From NCBI GenBank assembly GCA_050633305.1, contig JBOEGF010000043.1, positions 96,001 to 160,000 of the forward strand: DNA of 64,000 nt, given 5' to 3'. The notes under the pieces are model-generated. The model searched no databases and was not told the origin of the DNA. It saw only the letters and a program-made list of their open reading frames with translations. Shown one piece after another: positions 50,162 to 59,959 of the stretch. This stretch comes from Nannocystales bacterium (GTDB lineage: Bacteria > Myxococcota_A > Polyangia > Nannocystales > Nannocystaceae). Made by a program: the position numbers and the translations under genes. Position 1 is the first letter of the stretch. The number at the start of each line of letters is the position of its first letter.

Positions 50162-50878
50162 CTACCGCTCCAGCAGTGACTTCAGCAGCTCCGCCGACAG
50201 TCCACCGCTCGCGCCGAGGTCCATGAGTCGGCGCAGAGCGTCTTCTCGACGCGAGGTCTGGCTGGGCAGGGTCGCCAGCATCTTGATCACCCACTGGCGG
50301 CGGCGTTTGGGGATGCCGCGGAGCCGACGCCCGACCTCCTCGGCCCGCTTCGGAATCGCGGTTGCCCCTACGAGTTCTTCGCGATGGGCGTCGGTGGTCA
50401 GCACGGTCTGCGTGAACTCCCGGATGACCTTGCGAGCGTCGGAATCCAGCGGCGCATCGCCGGCCAAGACCACACACGCGGCATCGGTGAGCAGCTCTGC
50501 GAGGTTCGTCTGTCCTTCGGTCCAGGCTTCCCGCCAGAACTCGAGTTGGACACCTTCAACGCCCAGCTGGGCCGCGATGCGCTCCAGAGCGTCGCGCTCT
50601 GCGTCGGTCCGCTCGCCATCTGCGACGGCCACGGTCCATGCGTTCTCGAGGATCTCTCGGTGCGCGGACTCGGCGGGCGGTGGCAGCTGGAGGAGCATCT
50701 CCTCGAGGCGAGCGCGGTCCGAGATCGTGCTCAGCCACGCGCTGTACTCCTCCGCGTTGGCCTCGCCCTCCACCATGGCGAGCAGGAGGTCGCACTCCTG
50801 CCCGTCAAGGACTCCGTCGGCATGTGCCATCACGCCGCACGCGACGACCGTCCACTGACTCTCGAGGCTCAGTGCCAT
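50162..50878 (-). CDS. TerB family (tellurite resistance-like) protein
   Basis: MAHADGVLDGQE and VAVADGERTDAE...IAAQLG motifs. Confidence 0.8.
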   Translation of the reverse strand: MALSLESQWTVVACGVMAHADGVLDGQECDLLLAMVEGEANAEEYSAWLSTISDRARLEEMLLQLPPPAESAHREILENAWTVAVADGERTDAERDALERIAAQLGVEGVQLEFWREAWTEGQTNLAELLTDAACVVLAGDAPLDSDARKVIREFTQTVLTTDAHREELVGATAIPKRAEEVGRRLRGIPKRRRQWVIKMLATLPSQTSRREDALRRLMDLGASGGLSAELLKSLLER

Positions 50879-50921
50879 GGGGCATGGTATCGCGGACGCC
50901 GGTCGTGGGAAGCTCTGCTCG

Positions 50922-51794
50922 ATGCAGGCGCCGCGCATGTGGCTGGGTTGCCCGATCTGGGGCCGCAAGGACTGGGTCGGCGAGCTGCTGGCACCGGGCA
51001 CCAAGTCGTCCGAGTTCCTCCGTGGGTACGCGGAGGTGTTCGACGCGGTCGAGGGGAACACGACCTTCTACGCGACCCCGCCTGAGGACATCGTCCGACG
51101 CTGGGTCGATGCCACCGCAGAGTCGTTTCGCTTCTGCTTCAAACTACCCAAGACGGTGACGCATGAGCGAGGGCTGATCGCCGCCGCGGGGCTGACCGAA
51201 CGATTTCTCGAGCGGATGCGCCCCCTGGGTCCCCGGTTGGGCCCGTTCATGATCCAGCTTCCCCCCAGCTTCGGGCCTCCGCGCCTCTCGGTCCTACACG
51301 CGTTCCTGCGCGGCCTCCCACGTGATCTTCGCTTCACCTTGGAGGTTCGCCACCGTGGGTTCTTCTCCGAAACTCCCGCGGAGAAGCGTCTGACTGCGAT
51401 GCTGATCGAACACGACATCGAGCGGGTGGTCCTGGACACCAAGGCGATCTACGCCGACATCCCGGTCGATGAGGAGCTTCGTGTCGCGCGAGAGAAGAAG
51501 CCCCGCATCCCGATCCCGACGGTCGTCGAGGGGAAGAACCCGGTGTTGCGTCTCATCGTGCCGCCGAGCCCCCAGGTGGCCGTACCGCGTATCGACGCCT
51601 GGATCTCCCGCGTCGCGGCGTGGCTCGCCCAGGGACGCTCTCCGTACGTGTTCCTGCATTGCCCCGACGACTTTCACGCGCCTCGACTGGCACGTACGTT
51701 TCACGACCGCCTCGCGGAGCGCTTGGGGACGGAGTCGATGGCACCGTGGCCCGCCGAGCGCGCCCCCGCGAAGGCCCAGACGAGTCTGTTCTAG
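50922..51794 (+). CDS. DUF72 (YecE-like) protein
   Basis: GCPIW, VEGNTTFYATP, FRFCFKLP, QLPPSF, EVRH, YVFLHCPDD. Confidence 0.92.
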   Translation: MQAPRMWLGCPIWGRKDWVGELLAPGTKSSEFLRGYAEVFDAVEGNTTFYATPPEDIVRRWVDATAESFRFCFKLPKTVTHERGLIAAAGLTERFLERMRPLGPRLGPFMIQLPPSFGPPRLSVLHAFLRGLPRDLRFTLEVRHRGFFSETPAEKRLTAMLIEHDIERVVLDTKAIYADIPVDEELRVAREKKPRIPIPTVVEGKNPVLRLIVPPSPQVAVPRIDAWISRVAAWLAQGRSPYVFLHCPDDFHAPRLARTFHDRLAERLGTESMAPWPAERAPAKAQTSLF

Positions 51795-51852
51795 AGCCCC
51801 GAACCGGCAGCCCTCTTGCGGAGTTCGGCAGTGAGAATCCGGGACGGGTATT

Positions 51853-52458
51853 GTGGCGGTCGTGTCTGATCCGTCGGATGAACCAGAGGCTGGCCCGCAC
51901 CCCGCTGTAGCGATCCTCGCGCTGGGGTGGTTCGTCGGAGTGGTCGTTTGGTCATTCTGGGATGGTGGCCTGTGGGACATGGTCAGCCATGCTCAGGCAT
52001 CGCTTCTGTCGGGGCGGTACTACATCGTGGTCTCGCTGCTCGTCTGCGCCCTCGTTGCGGTCGCGCCGGGATTCGTCCTCGTAGGCCTCTCACCGAACGC
52101 ACCGCAGAAACCTCAGCCGAACCCCCCGGGGGTCATTCTCGCGACCGGGCCGCAGAGGCATCATCCGCTCAACTGGCCGGAGCCGCGGATTCTCGTCTTC
52201 GAGGAGGGCTCCGTTCAGCTGAGACGGGGTCAGCACGAGCTGCGAGTGCCGGTCGCGGCGTTCCGAGCGACTGGAAGCCCCGTGATCAGCGACACCGGCC
52301 GGGTCGTATGGAGGAGCGACGAAGAAACGTGCGCGCAGGTTCGCGGGCTTGATCCGGACTCGCACTTCTTCAAGCACCTCGAGGACCACAGACTTCGTGT
52401 CGAACTCGGTGCTGGTGCGTCGCAGACCTGGCAAGCGATCCAAAGCTGCGATGCCTGA
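51853..52458 (+). CDS. Hypothetical 2-TM membrane protein
   Basis: Two hydrophobic helices followed by a beta-rich domain. Confidence 0.55.
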   Translation: MAVVSDPSDEPEAGPHPAVAILALGWFVGVVVWSFWDGGLWDMVSHAQASLLSGRYYIVVSLLVCALVAVAPGFVLVGLSPNAPQKPQPNPPGVILATGPQRHHPLNWPEPRILVFEEGSVQLRRGQHELRVPVAAFRATGSPVISDTGRVVWRSDEETCAQVRGLDPDSHFFKHLEDHRLRVELGAGASQTWQAIQSCDA

Positions 52459-52957
52459 GCTGTCGATTCACGATGTCGGTCCCTCGGGGCGGTGCTGTTC
52501 CTGTGACTCCCCGACCGACAGAACGGGGCAACAGTCGGTGTCGGTTGTCGGGGTGCCCGGGATCGTGGACAAGTACCTCACGCTTGAGTTTTCCGAGTGC
52601 CCGAGCTGTGACGCCAGGCGCCGCCGTGCGACGACGACAGGCTTCAAGTACGCGGGACTCGGTTTTGCCGCTGGGATCGGGTTGGCAGTTGCGAGCGTCG
52701 TCGCCATCGATGCTCTCGCACCTGGCTGGCCTACCTCGAAGACAGCAACTCGCGGCTGCACGATGAGCCTTGCGCTGCTCCCATTCTTGCTTGCAGTCGT
52801 CGCCCCTCTCGCCCGCCGCCGTCGATCCCGCGAGCGACACCCGCGGGTCAGAATCGTGCGTTACACCGAGGAAACGGGGGTTGTCGAGTTCGAGAGCCCG
52901 CACCCCGAGAACCTGCGTGCGAGCAGCTCGCCACAACCGGCCCCAGACGCACCCTGA
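52451..52957 (+). CDS. Hypothetical membrane protein with N-terminal Zn-ribbon
   Basis: CCSC...CPSC followed by two TM helices. ATG overlaps the upstream stop by 8 nt. Confidence 0.6.
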   Translation: MPELSIHDVGPSGRCCSCDSPTDRTGQQSVSVVGVPGIVDKYLTLEFSECPSCDARRRRATTTGFKYAGLGFAAGIGLAVASVVAIDALAPGWPTSKTATRGCTMSLALLPFLLAVVAPLARRRRSRERHPRVRIVRYTEETGVVEFESPHPENLRASSSPQPAPDAP

Positions 52958-53010
52958 GATGCGTGCTCTGGCGGTTCGCCTCTCTTGCTGTCTTTGAGGT
53001 GGCGAAGGAC

Positions 53011-53730
53011 TCAGTGTTCTTGGACGAGGTCCAGCTCCGCCTCGACAATCTGCTCCCACTGCTCGAGGTTCGGGCTCCCCTGGTAGTGATGACCGTTCAC
53101 GAGAAATGCTGGCGTGCCAGTGATGCCAAGCGCACTTGCAGTTCGCATGTCATCCTCCACCGCCACGATCGCTGCCTCGCTGTTTCGGTCGCTGTTGAAG
53201 CGAGCGACGTCGAGGTCGTGACGCGCCGCGAGCTTGTTGAGATCACCGGCGTCGAGGAAGAGGGACGCGTGTACTTCCCAGAAGGCCCCCTGCTGCGCTG
53301 CTGCCCACGCTGCAGTTGCGCCGTTCGTCCCGGAAAGAGGCTTGTGCTTGTGTATCAGCCGGACTTGCCCCTCGTAACGCTGTAGCGCTTGGAGCAATGG
53401 CTGTGCCCCTGTCTTGCAATAACGACAGCCGTAGTCCGTGAACTCGACGATCGTCACCAGCGCTTCATCGGGGCCCAGTTGCGGTTCATCCCCTCGTAGC
53501 GGGACGCTTACGCGAGGTCCGGCTTGGATGGCCGCGAACGGATTGTCTTGTGAAATCGTTTGCGCCGCGTAGAAACTGCCGAACAATGCGAGAAGAAAGA
53601 CGGTGAAACTGAGCAGTGCTCCGGGTCGCGCAAATGTCCTGTTCGCGATGTCGGGACTCGTGCCGTCGTGGGTGTCATCGACGGGGGCCGTGCGGCGCGT
53701 GGTATTGTTTTTGTTGGTAGGTTTCCTCAT
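53011..53730 (-). CDS. DsbA/thioredoxin-domain protein
   Basis: GPDEALVTIVEFTDYGCRYC, GAFWEVH, GITGTPAFLVNG. N-terminal TM helix. Confidence 0.9.
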   Translation of the reverse strand: MRKPTNKNNTTRRTAPVDDTHDGTSPDIANRTFARPGALLSFTVFLLALFGSFYAAQTISQDNPFAAIQAGPRVSVPLRGDEPQLGPDEALVTIVEFTDYGCRYCKTGAQPLLQALQRYEGQVRLIHKHKPLSGTNGATAAWAAAQQGAFWEVHASLFLDAGDLNKLAARHDLDVARFNSDRNSEAAIVAVEDDMRTASALGITGTPAFLVNGHHYQGSPNLEQWEQIVEAELDLVQEH

Positions 53731-53822
53731 CGGTTCGCCCTTGTTGTCAATGGTCACTCGTCTGCAAGTGCGAGGCATGGGCCACCAGCCTGTCCATGTG
53801 ACCCCGCCTCTCCCTCACTGCG

Positions 53823-54533
53823 CTACAGCCCGACGAGTTGGAAGAGCTCGTCGACGGCAGCAGGACCTTCGCAGCCCTGCTGGAGCCCCATCTCACACGC
53901 TTGCATGAACAGTATCCCGGCCGCTTCATCGTCCTGCGACACTCCCATCCCAGTGTGGTATGCGGCTCCCAGGAAGAAACAGCCCTCGGAGTTCCCGAGT
54001 TCGCACCCCCGTTGGGCGGCTTGTGCCGCTTCGGAGAGCTGATCTACGCCGGTGTTGGCGTGCAACACCGCGAGGCCTACACAGGCTTCGGATACGTCCT
54101 GGTCGCACCACTCAGTGAACAAGTCGATCGATTCCGGCGACCCGTCCAGGGGGAAGTCGGCGCTGCCCACAGCATTTAGATAGCCTTCGAGCCCACCGCC
54201 CGGGCCGCCACCGTTACCGTCCCCAGGCTCGGTGATCTCCATGGAGGAGTCGCAGTAGCAGTTGTCTCTAAGAATCGCGCCCGTCATCATGCACGTACCA
54301 TCCTGGCCAGTTGGCGTGCGGCACTTCTTGCCGCCTTGGCACTGGTTGTCGACACAGCACCCTCCGTCCGCGAAGTCCGGCGTGCAGCTGAACAATCCCT
54401 CAAGATCTCCGCCCGGTTGGCACCCGGCGCTCAGCAACAGCCCAAAGATGCTACCGCCCGCCATGTAGGCCGCAAGGCGCCCCAGACGGCGTGCAAGTGA
54501 TGTGGGAGCCGTTGTGTATTTTGACGCACTCAT
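53823..54533 (-). CDS. Cys-rich lipoprotein with Sel1-like (Hcp-type) repeats
   Basis: Lipobox SAGC, Cys-rich domain, GCELGNSEGCFFLGAAYHTGMGVSQD..A...F..AC..G...GC. Confidence 0.78.
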   Translation of the reverse strand: MSASKYTTAPTSLARRLGRLAAYMAGGSIFGLLLSAGCQPGGDLEGLFSCTPDFADGGCCVDNQCQGGKKCRTPTGQDGTCMMTGAILRDNCYCDSSMEITEPGDGNGGGPGGGLEGYLNAVGSADFPLDGSPESIDLFTEWCDQDVSEACVGLAVLHANTGVDQLSEAAQAAQRGCELGNSEGCFFLGAAYHTGMGVSQDDEAAGILFMQACEMGLQQGCEGPAAVDELFQLVGL

Positions 54534-54700
54534 TGCCCCCGGTAGAGCCGGGACGCGCGTTTTGGATCACGGAAAAATGGAATGAGTGACCGCCGAGGTC
54601 CGGGGGGCCAGTGGATGGCGAGGAGGCCTCCACGTGGCAAGTGTCTGCAGGTACGAGCCACAACCCCCGGGGCATCCCGGTGCCGACCGCGCCTCGCGGG

Positions 54701-55366
54701 TCACCACAGCCCGAGGGCTCGCGCATCCCGAGGGTCGATGCCGTGTCGCTCCAGAATGCCTCGCATGTCCGCGGAGAGGTCGTCGAGACCATCCTTCATG
54801 CGGTCACACTCCCGTCGAGCTGCACCCGCATTCGCGTCTCGGACGTTGCGTCGGACGTCGGCGTCCGAGCACTGGAGTCGGACGAGGTCGCGCTGGCGCT
54901 TCCACGCCTCGACAGTGGCCTGGTACTCCGGGTCTGCTTTGACTTGGGGGACTCGGTCTTGGACCTCTGATTGCCGGCTCTCCGCTTCGGCGTCGTAGGC
55001 GGACTTGCGAGCCTCCAGCTGCGATAGACAGGTGTCGAGCTCCGCGATCGCGGCTTGGCCGGCGGGGTCTGAGCAGGAGACGGCCAGAGACGCACGCTGC
55101 TGAGGAAGCACTTGTGTCAGACCCTCGAGTGCGGCGTCACTTGCCGATTCGCACTGCTGTCGCAGATTCGCGATCGTCTGCACGCACGCGGGGCTCATCT
55201 GGGCCGAGGCATCCGCGGTCGCGGCGTCCAGCCTCTTCGTCACACAAGCCAAGGGGAGTGTGCCGACGAGGATGGCCAGCGCCACTCTCAGAGGGGTCGC
55301 TGTGGGAAGGCGTGGCTCGGGCTTGGCCGCGGCGGTGAGGTGCCGGACCTGTTGTTTCGTGTTCAT
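54701..55366 (-). CDS. Hypothetical helical lipoprotein
   Basis: Lipobox PLAC, coiled coil, GGGAG RBS. Confidence 0.68.
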   Translation of the reverse strand: MNTKQQVRHLTAAAKPEPRLPTATPLRVALAILVGTLPLACVTKRLDAATADASAQMSPACVQTIANLRQQCESASDAALEGLTQVLPQQRASLAVSCSDPAGQAAIAELDTCLSQLEARKSAYDAEAESRQSEVQDRVPQVKADPEYQATVEAWKRQRDLVRLQCSDADVRRNVRDANAGAARRECDRMKDGLDDLSADMRGILERHGIDPRDARALGLW

Positions 55367-55382
55367 GGTTGGGCTCCCGCGT

Positions 55383-55398
55383 AGCAAGCTCCGTTCCA
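55383..55398 (-). promoter_or_regulatory. Putative sigma-54 (-24/-12) promoter
   Basis: Minus strand TGGAAC-GGAGC-TTGCT matches TGGCAC-N5-TTGCW with one mismatch, 16 nt upstream of ATG 55366. Confidence 0.6.
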
Positions 55399-55523
55399 AC
55401 CCGGTCCAAGCGAGTCAACGCGGTCTTCTCGAACTCGACCGGCGCTGATCGGGTCGCGGTTCGCAGACACGGTTCCCAGATTGGGAAGGCGCGCTTGTCT
55501 GCCGCTGAGAGGCGTTATTGCGT

Positions 55524-55919
55524 CTACGACTTGCAGTAATGGTTGATCTCATCCACGAGCGCCGTGTTGCTCTCAGAGAGCTGCGTCAACCTCGTTTGGG
55601 CGTAGTGTTCACGACCTTCAACGAGCGCCGCGGCGGCGTCCCTGTGTTGTTCGAGAAGTGCGATGTAGCGGCGCCGGTAGGATTGGAGTTGTTCGTCACG
55701 AACATCCATGGTCTCTAGGACAGCGCGCCGGTCGGGGTAGCTCGAGACCACGGCTGCCCCCCCTTGATTGCTCGCGTAGGCGGTGTCGAGCGCGACCTTC
55801 TCGGTCGCTTTCGCGAACGCATCGCATTGCCCCCCGCGCCCTCGAAGAAGGAAGAACGTGGCCCCACCCACGAGCGCGACTGCGACCAGGGAAGCTTGTG
55901 CGATGGACTTGAACCCCAC
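55524..55919 (-). CDS. Hypothetical membrane-anchored protein
   Basis: N-terminal hydrophobic helix and a Cys pair bracketing a helical domain. Confidence 0.6.
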   Translation of the reverse strand: MGFKSIAQASLVAVALVGGATFFLLRGRGGQCDAFAKATEKVALDTAYASNQGGAAVVSSYPDRRAVLETMDVRDEQLQSYRRRYIALLEQHRDAAAALVEGREHYAQTRLTQLSESNTALVDEINHYCKS

Positions 55920-56089
55920 GGCTCTTCGACGCGGTCCACTGGTCCTCGTTGCACGTTCGGCCGAGGAAAAACCGCAAGGTCAGCTCCCAGCCGTCTTCGA
56001 GACGTCTGCATGCCGCTGCCGACACACCGGCGGAACCATCGTCATTGAGGCCGACAGGAGTACGCTCGGAGACCCCGGTCGTAGATGTC

Positions 56090-56875
56090 CTACCGTTGGG
56101 CTTTGCCTGTCATCTCCGATGTACCCCATCCCCAGAACTTCTTGATCCGCGGACTGGCACGGCGCAGTTCTTCGACTCGGCGAAACCCGTCGCCGTAGCC
56201 CGGGAAGATATCGATCAACGCCACGTTTGCGGTCAGCTTGGGAATGACCTCGTACGCATCGCCGATGATGACGTCGACCTTCTTGCGAAGATGCGGACGA
56301 ATCACTGGCATGATCCAGTCGACGAGTTCACGGTCGAGCTCGACGACGGTGACCCGCTTCACCGGTAGCCGCTTCGAGACCTCGATGAGCTGGTGCCCCA
56401 GACCGAGCCCTGCGATCACGGTGTGCCCCTTGGCCAGACGGGTCCCAGGCCTGAGGGTCATGAGCTCGGAAGGGGTGAGCGACATCCACGGCGCTTCGTT
56501 CCAGGGTCGCTCGTCGTGGGGGTCTTCGGGGGTCTGGTACAGCGCTGGGATCGGCACGTCGCCGTCGAAGACAACCGTCCCCACCTGGTCCCCCCACCAG
56601 GTGAGCAGGGGTTTGCCGCGCTGTTGCAAGCGCACGCAGTACCGAAAGCGGCCGCCGGGCGAGTCGACGAACTGACCCGGCTGGAGTTGGTCGACCGGTG
56701 CGTCTGAAGCCGCAAGGCCCGGCCACAGCTCACGGACCTTGTAGGTGCTGGCCTGTAGGCTCAGCTCGGGCGTCCATGGCATGGCGGAACTCCATGGGAC
56801 GCAGTTGCGGAGGCGGTGGGCGTAGCTCGCACTCAGAGCACGCGCCTGCTCCTCGGACATGGGGACACCGGCCAT
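56090..56875 (-). CDS. Class I SAM-dependent methyltransferase / spermidine-synthase-like protein
   Basis: WMSLTPSE, VIAGLGLG (motif I), VTVVELD, IIGDA, LIDIF. Confidence 0.75.
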   Translation of the reverse strand: MAGVPMSEEQARALSASYAHRLRNCVPWSSAMPWTPELSLQASTYKVRELWPGLAASDAPVDQLQPGQFVDSPGGRFRYCVRLQQRGKPLLTWWGDQVGTVVFDGDVPIPALYQTPEDPHDERPWNEAPWMSLTPSELMTLRPGTRLAKGHTVIAGLGLGHQLIEVSKRLPVKRVTVVELDRELVDWIMPVIRPHLRKKVDVIIGDAYEVIPKLTANVALIDIFPGYGDGFRRVEELRRASPRIKKFWGWGTSEMTGKAQR

Positions 56876-56947
56876 GACTGCGATGGTACACGCGGCTGCG
56901 GCATTCCTGCCGCTTGCCGCGGCCGGACCGCGTCGTACGCTTTGAGT

Positions 56948-57697
56948 GTGGAGCGCAAGCTCGCGTTCGACGAAGACTATTGCGAGGACGTCACGCTGTC
57001 GTCCGGGATGCGAATTCGGCTCAAGCTGATTCAGCCCGAAGACAAGCGCCGACTCCAAGAGGGATTGGCGAACATGTCGTCCGAGTCCCGCTACCTGCGC
57101 TTCTTCACGGACAAGCCCAAGCTGTCGAAGGGGGAGCTCGCGTATCTCACCGAGCTCGACCAGTACTCGCATTTTGCCATCGGGGCGGTCGAGCTTGATG
57201 CGTCCGGTCAAGAAGGCGAAGGCTTGGGCGTCGCCCGGTTCATCCGGCTTCCCGAGGACGATCGCTTGGCCGAGCCCGCGATCGCCGTGGTCGACCGCGC
57301 GCAAGGGCAGGGACTGGGAGGCCTGATGATGGACAGGTTGTCCGACGCAGCTCGCGAACGGGACGTGCAGGCGTTTCGGAGCGAGTTCCTGGCTTGGAAC
57401 GACGGGGCTCGGGAGATGTTCCGCTCGATGAGTGATGTCGTCAGCTTCTCCGCCGATGGGACCGTCGCGGTCGCGGAGCTCCCACTCACCCGCCAGCTTC
57501 CCGCGCTGCAGGACAACGGCGAGCCTCGAGCGCCGCACCGAGACCGAATGGACGACCTCTTCCGTCTGGCCGCGTCGCGGATGCTCCGCGTCCGTCGTCG
57601 ATTCGCCACGCTCCTGCAAGGCGAAGATGTCTGGGGCACGCTCAAAAAGCTCGCCGAGGACTTCGCGGACGAGTTCTCCGGTCGCTCTCACCCCTGA
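56948..57697 (+). CDS. GNAT family acetyltransferase (like the GNAT domain of acyl-CoA synthetase/Pat)
   Basis: SSESRYLRFF, GVARFIR, AEPAIAVVDRAQGQGLG acetyl-CoA binding motif. Confidence 0.88.
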   Translation: MERKLAFDEDYCEDVTLSSGMRIRLKLIQPEDKRRLQEGLANMSSESRYLRFFTDKPKLSKGELAYLTELDQYSHFAIGAVELDASGQEGEGLGVARFIRLPEDDRLAEPAIAVVDRAQGQGLGGLMMDRLSDAARERDVQAFRSEFLAWNDGAREMFRSMSDVVSFSADGTVAVAELPLTRQLPALQDNGEPRAPHRDRMDDLFRLAASRMLRVRRRFATLLQGEDVWGTLKKLAEDFADEFSGRSHP

Positions 57698-57837
57698 GCG
57701 CCGGACCCCGAGGCGGTCAGCCAGCTCTCACGGGCCCCGGACCCCGCGCGTTGCGGGGGCAAGACTGTCGACGTGGAGTGACGAGGCGTCGTCGGCTCGT
57801 TCTCCCTGACCACATGAAGCCCGAGCTCCCTCTGACA

Positions 57838-57978
57838 GCCGAGTACATCGAAGTCTTCTACAACAATCAGCGCCTGAACTCGTCGCTCGGCTACGAAGGC
57901 CGGCGGGTCCGAGGCCTCAAACTCTCAAGCGGCGAGAGCCGCGGCCAGAGAAGCGTCCTCTTCTTCGGGGCAATTCCA
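57838..57978 (+). mobile_element. IS3-family remnant: transposase C-terminus and right inverted repeat
   Basis: AEYIEVFYNNQRLNSSLGY matches the IS3 integrase tail. GTCC...TCGGGGCAATTCCA resembles IS3 termini (reverse complement TGGAATTGCCCC). Confidence 0.72.
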
Positions 57979-58125
57979 GTGCTCGAAAGGGTTTGTCTCG
58001 AGAACCGCTGTCCCGACTCACCCTATCGTCTTGTACGCCGCGTGCTCCGGCCACTGGGTCGATCGGCGAGACAACCTGTCCCTTTGGCGCTCTGAGTTTT
58101 GACGGTTGTACCGGGCAATCGCTCA

Positions 58126-59880
58126 ATGGCGCAGACGATGCGTCAAGCGTTCGCGAGACACCTGATTTTCGTGTTGGCCATGGTGATGTCGGCCTGCCTG
58201 ATGCTCGATCATCTCGAGGAGAAATCACCGACCGAGGACGAGTGGGCGCACCTCGTCCGCGGATTGCAGTACTGGCACGGCGATGACCATCGGCTGCAAT
58301 ACGCACACCCTCCGCTGGCCAATGCATGGGCTGCGGCCCCGCTTGCGTTGGACGAAGCTGTTCCGGACTTCTCGACTCTCGACGGCTGGGAATCGGCCAC
58401 CGTCGGCCGGGTCGCCTACGCATACCTGCAGCTCGACTACGACGCGGCTCGTGCCTCTCTCATGCGGGCACGACGAGCCTGCATTGCGTTCTCGCTCGTC
58501 GGAGTCATCTACGCTTACTTCTGGGGGATGAGTGTACTCGGCCGCCGAGAGGGGCTCCTGCTCGCGGTCATCCTCGCGCTGCATCCGGCTTTGCTCGGCC
58601 AGGCGCGCTACGTCTCGTCCGACGTCGCGTGTGGTGTTGCGTGTTTCGTCGCGGTGGGGGAACTCTGCCGACACCTCCGCGGCAACGCCCCCGGGGCCAC
58701 TTGGGTTGGCGTTCCTCTCGGCCTCTCAATGGCAGTCCTGTCCAAGCACTCGGCGCTGCTGCTGGTGCCTGTGTTCCTCGGCGTAACATCGCTCCATGCG
58801 TTCCTCGGCCGAGGTTCCTACGCCGGGTGCAGCGTCCGGCTGCGCGTCGGCTGCTGGGGTACGCATGCCCTGTTCAGCGCGTTCGTTGTCGTCCTCTCGC
58901 TGAACCTCGCATACGGGTTTCAGGCCTCGGGGCTGACGGTCTTGGAGGTCCTGCAGCGCCCCGAACCTCAATACTGGATCAGCTCTCCGTACGAGGGAAC
59001 CATGCTCGAGCGCTGCTCCCCGCTCACTTTGCTTCCCGCCAACTTCCGGCTCCCACTCCCCTATTCCTGGTTGTTCGGTGTCTCTTCGGTTCGGGTGCAG
59101 AGCGCTCAGGGCTACCCGTGGGCGTCATTCTTTGGAGCGGCGACGCCGCGTGGGACCCCGGCGTTCTTTCCTACGCTGTGCCTGCTGAAGATGCCGCTCG
59201 TTTGCCTCGTCGGCGGTCTCGGAGCTGTACTCGAAGGATGGCGGCAGCGGTCGGTACCGCGCAGCGTTGTCATCATGGCAGGCGCTGCCGCGGTCTTTCT
59301 CGGTGTTGCGATGACGTCCCGCCTCAATATGGGGATTCGACACGTGTTGCCCGTCCTCTACCTTGGGGCTGTTCCCGTGGCGTTTGGTCTCGGTGCGCTG
59401 CTCGAACGGGCACGAACCCGCGGTCGCTGGGCGCTCCCCGTGATTGCGGTGGTCGCCCTCAGCATGCCGGCGGTCGTCCACCGCGACGACTATCTGGGCT
59501 ATTTCAACGTCGGCCGTGAGCTCGGCCACCAGGTGTCCGTCGTCGGGGAAGATGTGGGCCAAGACCGCCTCCGATTCGCCAAGTGGGTGGAGGCGCAGGA
59601 ACTCGGCTTGCTCTACTACGACACGCAAACGCAGACGCGGTCCCTCGAAGCGCGATGGACCGGTCTACGGTTTCACGAGTTGAACTGTGGCACGTTCATC
59701 CGACCTGGCGCGCACGTGGCGCTCCACGCCAGTCGTCGAATCGCGGTGAGCCCGAAGTGTTTTCCACAGCTCGTTGGGCTGGAGCCGGAGGTCACGTTCA
59801 ACGACCACATCGATGTCTACCGCGTCCCACACCAGGGGCGAGGCCGGCCGACCCACGCGGCGGTTCTCAGCCGGCCTTGA
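58126..59880 (+). CDS. GT-C (ArnT/PMT, family 39/83-like) membrane glycosyltransferase
   Basis: SPTEDEWAHL..G, HPPL, SKHS, FFP...LKMP, NMGIRHVLP, YLGYFN, DVGQD. Many TM helices. Confidence 0.8.
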   Translation: MAQTMRQAFARHLIFVLAMVMSACLMLDHLEEKSPTEDEWAHLVRGLQYWHGDDHRLQYAHPPLANAWAAAPLALDEAVPDFSTLDGWESATVGRVAYAYLQLDYDAARASLMRARRACIAFSLVGVIYAYFWGMSVLGRREGLLLAVILALHPALLGQARYVSSDVACGVACFVAVGELCRHLRGNAPGATWVGVPLGLSMAVLSKHSALLLVPVFLGVTSLHAFLGRGSYAGCSVRLRVGCWGTHALFSAFVVVLSLNLAYGFQASGLTVLEVLQRPEPQYWISSPYEGTMLERCSPLTLLPANFRLPLPYSWLFGVSSVRVQSAQGYPWASFFGAATPRGTPAFFPTLCLLKMPLVCLVGGLGAVLEGWRQRSVPRSVVIMAGAAAVFLGVAMTSRLNMGIRHVLPVLYLGAVPVAFGLGALLERARTRGRWALPVIAVVALSMPAVVHRDDYLGYFNVGRELGHQVSVVGEDVGQDRLRFAKWVEAQELGLLYYDTQTQTRSLEARWTGLRFHELNCGTFIRPGAHVALHASRRIAVSPKCFPQLVGLEPEVTFNDHIDVYRVPHQGRGRPTHAAVLSRP

Positions 59881-59959
59881 TCGGCTTGGGGGCGTCGGCT
59901 GCGGCGTCGAGGCCCTCGGCCCCTTCGACTGCCGCCGCTACAGCTGTACGTCTTGCCGC

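Noticed and set aside
56876..57691. N-terminal half of the 533-aa ORF (apparent fusion)
   Set aside because: Antisense to the GNAT gene. The methyltransferase starts at about 56875.
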